From: Eledone cirrhosa
Lineage: Eukaryota
Direction of reading: 5' to 3'
Length of the DNA: 64,000 bases
Assembly: GCA_964016885.1 (NCBI GenBank)
Contig: OZ024755.1
Location: 19,406,001-19,470,000 of the forward strand
Part shown: one piece after another, positions 54,516-64,000 of the stretch
How the letters are laid out: each line of letters begins with the position of its first letter
Position numbering within the stretch: the first letter of the stretch is position 1
The notes under the pieces: generated by a model
The model's input: only the letters and a program-made list of their open reading frames with translations
Database searches by the model: none
Told to the model about the DNA's origin: nothing
Program-made: the position numbers and the translations under genes

Positions 54516-55527
54516 TGCATATATATTGGTTATTTATTGTTAAAGAATATAAAGTAATGATAAAATATTATAAAAACATATTTTTCAAAACCTGAGACCC
54601 CCCAATGGTGTTTGGCCCAAAGTTATAGCTTATTTAGCTTAAAGGTAAGTTCAGCTCTGTAAAAGAGATCTATTAACATTGGAATAATTTGATCTCAGCA
54701 TACAGAAGAAGCTAAATAATAGAATGTATTGGTCCTTCCATTGCTGATATTATCTACAGGTCACAATACCTGAAAGAATTTATATATAAAGAGAGAAAAA
54801 AAAACAAAACATTGACTGAAAAAATTGTTTTTCTTCAGTTGAAGATGAAAGAATAATTTAAAAGGCTATGGGTTGGCTATAGGAAAATATGGTTGTGGGT
54901 TGGCTGTGGGAATATATGGTTGTGGGGAAATATGGCTGTAGAATATATTGCTGTGGTATTCAGTTTAAGTGTTTTAGATTCTGGGTTCAAATTTCAACAA
55001 GGTCACTTTTGCCTTTCATTCTTGCGAGATCAATAACTCTCAATATAATATTCCTATAAAGTTACCTAGATATCAGTAACTGTTAATATATATATTCCTA
55101 TAATATAACCTAGATATCAATAACTGTTAATATATATATTCCTATAATATAATCTAGATATCAATGGAATTATATTGGTTGAGGAGAAGAAGAAGAAAAC
55201 AACAAATTCTGAATATCAGAAGAAATATAAAATATTTTATACAGATATTTAAAACATTTCACCCAGTTTCCATTATTTTTTCCATATTTAATGAATTATT
55301 GATAACTCAAATGGATATGAAGTCCTATTTTTATTGAATTGAGTGATGGAATCTTATGTCTTTGTTAGCAGCATGCAAGTAAAGATGTTATAGTCCACAC
55401 ATACATTAGTTTAGCTGGTCTTCTATTAAGTGGCATCTTGAGGAAGGTTTCTTAACTATTTCAATGATAGGGACCTCAGGCCTATCATGTCACAATTTTT
55501 CAGTGATAGGAGGCAAAACACATAGAA

Positions 55528-55676
55528 CAGACATAGGCAACCTTTTTTGAGCAGTGGCCATTTACTAAGGCAGGTAGAACTACTAAAAAATTCAAGGCAA
55601 TTTTGAAATTAGGTGTGGCATTCAGAAAGCCAAATGGGTTGCATGTGGCTCACAGGCCAAAGTTTGCCCACGAGTG
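55528..55676. mobile_element. hAT-type MITE (related copy at about 38490-38582)
   Basis: Ends CAGACATAGGCAA / TTGCCCACGAGTG; flanks ACATAGAA / ACATAGAG. Confidence 0.6.
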
Positions 55677-57787
55677 ACATAGAGTCAGAACAGTTACTGC
55701 AAGGATAGCTTCTAGACTAATAATTCTGCTAATCCATCCATTATGCTAATCCATTTCCTATATTTATTGACCCTGAAAGAATGAAAAGTTGAGTTGATCT
55801 CAGAAGGATTTAAACTCAGAGCAGAGAAAGCTGGGATCAAATACCACAGCATATTTAATCCACTGCTCAAACGACTGCTAATTTGCTGCCTTGTGGAAGT
55901 GAACTGGAATTGTTAAAAAGGAATCAAAACCATGTTCCAGATTGAACCAATCAGGTGATCACCTCTATCTTATTACATCTTTCATTGTTCAGTAGAGGTG
56001 ATATGTGGTGATGTGTCTGTCATTACCCATTGATGTGCCAAGGAAAATATCATTTTCATGTAACATTTCTATGGCAAACATTTCCATCATCTACACACAA
56101 GAAACTCTGAACATGCAGCAAGTTTACAGTGTTGTCACATCATTCAATGACAAACTCTTCCTATCTTTCAGTATACATTTACAGTAGTGGTGGTGTTGTT
56201 TGGGTGGTGGTGGTGCTGGTAGTAGCAGTGGTGGTTGGGTGTTGGTGTTGGTGATGATTGAGTGGTGATTGTGGTGGTAATAGGTTACCCAGGCATGCCA
56301 TCTGCATGAAACAATAGTCAAGAGAATACTAACATATTTAAATTAATGAACCAAAAAAGATTTTACTTATTTCAATATAGCTTTACTGTGAGTCAAAGGA
56401 AAGAGGCTCAGTGACTAATATTGATTAAATCTGACTAAACCCAAAAGGAGAATTGAGGCAATTACAAAAATATGACTAATTAATATTTGAATTATACACT
56501 CAGTAATAAGATGAAAAAGCATGAGTCCTCAACTTTTGGACTCATATTATTTTAATCTGATCTTTGGCAAGTATGGTGATAATTCTAGACATGTTTCAGT
56601 CTAATTCGACCTTCTCAGCAAAACGCAGCCTTTTTCCAGTACTTGGGTCTAGTGATAAAGTTTCACTTTATATATGTTCAACAAATGTATATGTTTGCAT
56701 AACATATTTAAGAAAATTTACCCAAGGAGACCATCCATATGAAAAATATTAGTTTGAGTGAATGCCAACATAATGTACATGAACCAAACATGTTTCAGTT
56801 ACCATATATACTAGTAGCTAAGTTAGAGTTGTACTAAAAGAAACATATATATATATATATGGCATGAAAAACAGCATGCACCTTGTTTACTAATCCTTGC
56901 TTTGTGCTTGAACATGTATGCACACATACATACATGTACACATATGGAAATGTACACATATGCATATGCATACACACACATACAGATAAATGATTCTGTA
57001 TGTAAGGTGGGTTGGTCATGTCAATATTCACTTTATATGGATATTTACATTATAAACTAATATACATACATTGATGTCTCGTATGATAACAAAACTAAGT
57101 AAAAACATATACATGTAGCTCTCTATATTGACTATTTGTAATCCTAAAGCCCATTAGATGCTACAAACATTAACAATCAATTAGGAGTGGTGTTTGTGAC
57201 GAGTAAAGAAGGCATTGATAATGATGATGATGATTTAACGGCACCAGTTAATCTGTTTGTTCCGGGCATAAAAAAACAAATTGTTCTCATATCTTTGGTT
57301 CCATGTCTTCACTAAATTGTACAAGCATTGATTGGGATTACTTTAACTAAGTGTTTTCATTTTATTTAAACAACTATAAGCAAAGGTATGGTGGAGAATT
57401 GGCAGAGTTGTTATAATGCCAGATAGAAGGCTTTGTGGCATTCCTTTTGGCTCTCTGAGTTCAAATCTCACTGAGGTCAACTTTGCTTTTGATCCTTTCA
57501 AAGTCAATAAAAAAGTACCAGTCAAGAACTGAGGTTGATTCTTCCTTACTTCCATTCTCTCACTTTCTATCCTTCTCTAGAAGAAATCTGCTGTATTCAG
57601 ACCTGGAGAGGAGATGGGCTCCACCAGGTTTCAAAGCTGCCCTAGAAATGCTGTAGGTCAATATGGCACCCCTTTGACTTCTTCAGGTGTTAAGGGTCCA
57701 TACCATACCATACCCTATTACTGATATATATATTCTGTTTTGAGGACAACCAATAAAAAGAAAATACTTTATTAACATTCAACAAGG

Positions 57788-57821
<34 letters not shown>

Positions 57822-58554
57822 CATGAGTGTATAAACTACATGTAGCTGCCCAAGAAACGCTGTATGTCAATGCAGTGCCCCCATGACTCCCTCAGGAGTT
57901 ACAGGACTAGTAATAAGCAAAGCTGTAAATAGTATTTACAAAAAGCATCATGCAATCATACGGGGGTTTCTTCTCTAATAACATCATTAAACTGTTAGTG
58001 TTTTTTAGCTACACTTCAGTCTTGATTGAGCAGAACTTTGAACAAAACAAACATTCCAGCTGCAAACATCCCATCATTTATTCAGACACAGTGCATCCAG
58101 GAGTACATTATCCAATGAGCTTTTTTTTTCCTTTTAATTCATGAGTGTTATTTGAGGGAAATTTGGCCGTTGTTTCTAGTAGGCTGAGCAACTGTATAGT
58201 GACTCACTCATTGGTGCTAAACTACACTTTCTCATGGTAGTATTTCTAATTAAGTGAGCTATATCACAGTTAGTAGCTGGCACTGAGCTAGTTCTGACTA
58301 ATTTATTAGAAAAATATCTATTTTGCTCCCCAGGGTAGTATATAATTTATTAACTAAAATAGCTTAACTGTCATGTTCCTTATAAGTAATTAAACAAGCT
58401 GGCTCTAGTGGAATAACCTAACTGAATTAATCTATTTATTACATTAAATATGATTAGATAAGAATAAAAACAAAGGAAAGGATTTATATACATGAAATGT
58501 CAATTGAAAATTCTGTATTGTGGGGGGTATACACACAAATATTTTGATTTATTA

Positions 58555-58646
58555 TACAGAGTGTCCGCCCAAAATGTACTCATATTTAATTATTAGTTTT
58601 GTTTCTAACTTAATAAACAATGCATTTATTGTAATTTAAAGAGTGG

Positions 58647-58707
<61 letters not shown>

Positions 58708-58962
58708 CACAAGTCGAAACTTAGTAAAATTGAAGCTCTGGCTGTGGCCAAGCTAACGACCTACAATTAGGAATGAGCAGCAAAGTACTCAATCAGGTTG
58801 CATGCCTTAGAGTAATAACATATGTTTAGACAGCTCGACAAATTGAAAATTGCGGCAGGTAAACCTACCCACACAATACCAAAACAACGAAAAAACTAAT
58901 CAGGTTATATATATATATTTGTTATTTATTTTGGTGTATATATTTTTGGGGGACACCCTTTA
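58555..58962. mobile_element. Tc1/mariner-like MITE interrupted by (TA)n and a dispersed module
   Basis: TA-CAGAGTGTCCGCCCAAAATGTAC ... TATTTTTGGGGGACACCCTT-TA; the inner module 58707-58905 is homologous to 48914-49150. Confidence 0.5.
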
Positions 58963-59163
58963 TACTAAATATAGTTTTCAACATTAGAAATATTCTTTAC
59001 AACTGTCTGGTTACAAGTTGAATCTTACTGTTTGATTGGTTGGCACATTGGGAAGTAGATTCTAGCACAGTTAGTTCTCAGGTAGACCTATGTCTTGTGT
59101 GAGTGAAATTTGGCTGATAAAAAATTTGCAGAAACCTGTTATGAGTGTGTGAGTGAAAATGTA

Positions 59164-59200
<37 letters not shown>

Positions 59201-59289
59201 ATAATAATAAATGTGAAGACTAAAATCCGAAGAGGGCATAGATAAGGATAAATATATATCAAATATATAAAAACCATAGAGCAAATATT

Positions 59290-59398
59290 TATTAAAATAA
59301 CAGATTAAAGTTTAAGCAAAGAATCGCTGCTTTCACCCTTGACAGTTAAGGGTGAAAGCAGCAATTCTTTGCTTAAACTTTAATCTGTTATTTTAATA
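59290..59398. repeat. Near-perfect hairpin (about 50-bp arms); sister copy at 39081-39170
   Basis: ATTAAAATAACAGATTAAAGTTTAAGCAAAGAAT.GCTGCTTTCACCCTT / AAGGGTGAAAGCAGC.ATTCTTTGCTTAAACTTTAATCTGTTATTTTAAT. Confidence 0.9.
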
Positions 59399-59441
59399 TA
59401 TATATATAAGAAAAACGATGAAGTTTTGTTAACATGTAGTT

Positions 59442-60035
59442 CTTCTTGTGACACTAAACTCCGTCAGTTGCAGATTGCGCATCAACATGTGATATCTCTC
59501 TCCCCAAAGTTCGATCACCAGCAGCAGAGTTCAAAGAGTAAAGATCAAGTTTCAGTTCATAAGTTGACATTGTCAAGCCATCCTTTTGGCTGCCAGCCTC
59601 TGCTTCTATTACCAGCCTACCTTCCTTCCAGGCATAACCTACTCACACCACGAGTTGATCTTTTTATATGACTGTATGGTTTGATACTCTTGACAATTGA
59701 TGTAATTGGTCTAAGTCTGGTAATGTTGAGCAGCTCACTGATACAGATACGGTTGCTGAGCCACTTGCCAGTCATAAGTCTCGTGATGTGGTTCTGGAAT
59801 GTAGAGAGCTTCTGAAGTGACCTTGTCTTCCAATTAACACAGTCAAGACCATATAACACAACTGGTAGGATGTAAGTATCAAAGATCTTAGCCTTCAAAT
59901 GATAGGAAACTCATTTTGATGTTAGTACTTCCTTGTTCCAGTTGAAAGCTGCCCAACCTAGAGCGATGAGATACTGCACAGCGACCATTCCATTGTTGTT
60001 TGATGATAGTTTGTGACTGAGATATACAAACTCCG
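59442..60035 (-). mobile_element. 5'-truncated RTE-type LINE with 12-bp TSD, inserted in a fold-back element
   Basis: EFVYL...GWAAF...KAKIFDTYILPVVLYGLDC; TSD TAACATGTAGTT at 59430-59441 and 60036-60047; short (AAG) tail. Confidence 0.88.
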
Positions 60036-60854
60036 TAACATGTAGTTATCGTTTTTTTTTTTTAATTGTGTATCGACCTGTTACATGCATTTCAGATCAA
60101 TACACAATAAAAAAAAAAATCCATGTAAACAAAACTGCATCGTTTTTCTTAATATATACTCTGAGTTCAATTTGGTATCACTACCAGTAATTCACTGAAT
60201 CACATACACTATATATAAAATGTATACATATATATGTATACACACACACATACAAATATATATATGTATATATTCTGGGTGCACAATAAGAAAATAGATT
60301 GACAAAAAGAAACGGTTTTAGATCAATTACAATCTTTCTCCTGGTGACAGTTGCAGAATAAACTGTACCGAGTTTACATTGTAAATTGATTTGTAGAAGC
60401 TTCGTTAAAAATTGAAAACAACAGAGTGTATGTGTGTGTGGGTGGGGTGGGGTGGGTGTAAAAAACCAATGGTAGGTGTCAAGACAAAGGGTTACAATGG
60501 ACAGCAATATTGAAAAAAAAAACTGTGGCAGGTGGCAATACAACAGACTGGTAATACAAAAGACTAGTGGTGTGTGGTGAAATAAGAGACATGGCTGATT
60601 GTGTGGCAAGTCATTGAGATGCATCCAAACCATGTAACCATACCAAAATAGAGAACATCTGAGCAAGATATGGATTCTGCAAGATGTGAATTCTGCAAGC
60701 CACATTTACGACTGGATGTCAAGAAGAACAGTACCTCTGAAGAAGAACTGATTCAGATTAGAAGGAACTCTTTAGTCCTGTTGCATTGGAAAAAACCTTT
60801 TTAGTGCTAATGATATGATAACATGCACCCTCTCCACCCAGTAAGATATATAGG

Positions 60855-61350
60855 CCAGATGACATAAACTATGACACATGATGATACCTACTCAACTCAT
60901 GCCAGATGTTGATACCAGATGACATGAACCATGACAGATGATTAAACCTACCCAACTCATTCCGGATGCTGATATCAGATGACATAAACCAGGTTAGATG
61001 ATGAGACTTATTCAACCCATGCCAGATGTGGATACCAGATGATACAAACCAGGTCAGATGATGAGCTATACACAAACTGTGCCAGATGTTGATACCAGAT
61101 GACATGAACCATGACAGATGATGATACCAGATGACATGATAGATGATGAGCTGTACACAAGCCATGCCAGATGTTGATGCCAGATGACATGAACCATGAT
61201 AGATGATGAGCTGTACACAAGCCATGCCAGATGTTGATACCAGATGACATGAACCATGACAGACGATGAGACCTACCCAACCCAATCCAATGTTGATATC
61301 AGATGACATGAACCAGGAAAGTTGATGAGCCGTACTTAACCCAGGCCAAC
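60855..61350. repeat. Degenerate 60-bp tandem repeat (ATGCCAGATGTTGATACCAGATGACATGAACCATGACAGATGATG...)
   Basis: Unit starts at 60899, 60959, 61019 and 61079. Confidence 0.88.
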
Positions 61351-61679
61351 TCATGATTATGATGATAGTATATCTGTGTATGCATCTCTTTTTTCATATA
61401 TATTTAATGTCGATTTTGCATGGGTTACATGGGTTGTCATGTTATGAGATAAGCCAGGTCTGGAGACCATGTCTTGCTCATACAGATCTGTATTTTTGCT
61501 TGGTTTCTACAACTGGATGCCTTTCCTAATGCTAACCATGTTTATATATATATCAGATAAAGATAAATAGTGAAATAAAAAGATAAATAGATGCATAAAT
61601 AAATGAATAAAAAGAGAAGGTCAAATTAGACATAACTGTTGTGAATGTATGTATGTATATATATACATATATATGTGTG

Positions 61680-63050
61680 TGTGACTGTCTATATATATAT
61701 GGGTGTATAAAACTGTCTATATATATATATATATGTGGGTGTATAAAATTCCATATATATGTGGGTATATAAAACTGTCCATATATATGTGGGTATATAA
61801 AACTGTCTGTATATATGTGGGTATATAAAACTGTCTATATATATGTGGGTATATAAAACTGTCTATATATATGTGGGTATATAAAACTGTCTGTATATGT
61901 GGGTATATAAAACTGTCTATATATGTGGGTATATAAAACTGTCTATATATATGTGTGGGTATATAAAACTGTCTATATATATGTGAGTATATAAAACTGT
62001 CTATATATGTGAGTATATAAAACTGTCTATATATGTATGGGTCTATAAAACTGTCTATAGATGTGTGGGTATATAAAACTGTCTATATAAGTGTGAGTGT
62101 ATAGCTGTTCCTATATGTATGGGTGTATAAAACTTTCTATATATGTGTGTGGGTGAATAAAACAGTTTTATACACCCACACATAGGAACAGCTATACACA
62201 CACGCTTATATAGGCTGTTTTATACACCCACACATATTGGAACAGCTATATACACACACATCTATAGACAGTTTTATATGCCCACACTTCTATAGCCAGT
62301 TTTATACACCCACACACATACATATATAGACAGTTTTATACACCCACACAACTATAGACAGTTTTATACACCTACACACATACATATATAGACAGTTTTA
62401 TACACCCACACATCTATATAGACAGTTTTATATGCCCACACTTCTATAGCCAGTTTTATACACCCACACACATACATATATAGACAGTTTTATACACCCA
62501 CACATCTATAGACAGTTTTATACACCCACACACATACATATATAGACAGTTTTATACACACACGCTTATATAGGCTGTTTTATACACCCACACATATTGG
62601 AACAGTTATATACACACACATCTATAGACAGTTTTATATGCCCACACTTCTATAGACAGTTTTATACACCCACACACATACATATATAGACAGTTTTATA
62701 CACCCACACATCTATAGACAGTTTTATACACCCACACACATACATATATAGACAGTTTTATACACACACGCTTATATAGGCTGTTTTATACACCCACACA
62801 TATTGGAACAGTTATATACACACACATCTATAGACAGTTTTATACGCCCACACACATACATATATAGACAGTTTTATACACCCACACATCTATAGACAAT
62901 TTTATACACCCACACATATATAGACAGTTTTATACACCCACACATCTATAGACAATTTTATACACCCACACACATACATATATAGACAGTTTTATACACC
63001 CACACATCTATATATATATAGACAGTTTTATATACCCTCACAGCTATAGA
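61680..63050. repeat. Variable about 25-35-bp satellite with an internal orientation switch at about 62163
   Basis: GTGGGTATATAAAACTGTCTAT units on the left, ATAGACAGTTTTATACACCCAC units on the right. Confidence 0.92.
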
Positions 63051-63292
63051 CAGGATTCAGTAGATTAGATCAGTGTGTTGTACTCACTGCCAACATCTGA
63101 CACCATCTCGGTTGGCAGAAATTAGCTGAGCTTTGTTTACATTATGGCTGGGGGTTAAGTCTGAGAAAGCAACAGGATATATGCTAATTGAGTTTACAGT
63201 TTAACAAAAGATCTCTCCAGCTATTAATTCCGATCAACAAATCATTAACGACTATACTGTAGTATCACACTTATTACTAGTGTACACATTCA

Positions 63293-63432
<140 letters not shown>

Positions 63433-63502
63433 TGTGTGTGTGTGTGTGTGTCTGTGTGTGTCTGTGTGTGTGTCTGTGCGTGTGTATATATATATATAGT
63501 GA

Positions 63503-63835
63503 AGGCATATGGCTTAGTGGTTAGAGCATTGGCCTTGCAATCGAAAGGTTGTGAGTTCAATTCTCAGACTGGGTGATGTGTTGTGTCCTTGAGCAAGACA
63601 CTTTATTTCACATTGCTCCAGTTTACTCAGCTGTAGAAACGAGATGATAGGGACTGGGGTCCCTATCATTCCACTGTAAAGTGGTCGTGGAGGTGGCATG
63701 GCAAAAAAGCACCCAGCACTCACTGTAAATAAGGTTGGTGTTAGGAAGGGCATCCAGCTGTAGAAATCAAGCCAGAATCAATTCCCGTCCCACCCTTGCA
63801 AGCAGGGAAAAGCGGACGTAAAATGATGATGATGA
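63503..63835 (+). mobile_element. SINE family A copy
   Basis: Full-length, A/B boxes, (ATG)n tail. Confidence 0.92.
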
Positions 63836-64000
63836 TATATATATATACATATACATATATGCTGTTAGTGAGCTTATACTATAAAGTCTACGCTAAGGTA
63901 TGTCAATATCTTAACACCAAATATTATATTTTAAGTGATGAAAGCACACTAAAATAAGTGTCCTTGAAATACGTACAATAAAATAAATATTGCATTATAA

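Overview
AT-rich, microsatellite-dense eukaryotic (animal) genomic DNA. The SINE types and repeat landscape suggest an octopod cephalopod, but this is inferred, not proven. Almost all long ORFs in the supplied track are simple-repeat artefacts. One host gene is supported, on the minus strand: a DPP6/DPP10-like type II membrane protein (Kv4 channel accessory subunit family). It has a 115-bp transmembrane exon at 6274-6388 and a probable first coding exon (ATG AGT TAT GCA GAG AGT GAC|gtgagt) at 42490-42510, giving an intron of about 36 kb. The rest of the window is tRNA-derived SINEs, RTE-type and R4/Dong-type LINE fragments, piggyBac/hAT/mariner-type MITEs and many minisatellites. The main hidden layer is a set of short modules embedded in (TA)n tracts. 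Many are fold-back hairpins, and several carry minimal type I hammerhead ribozyme motifs of the kind known from Penelope-like elements and retrozymes. These motifs range from complete cores (27.1, 35.2, 46.7 kb) to decayed copies and 'palindromised' half-ribozymes. All structures were read by eye; no folding or database search was run.
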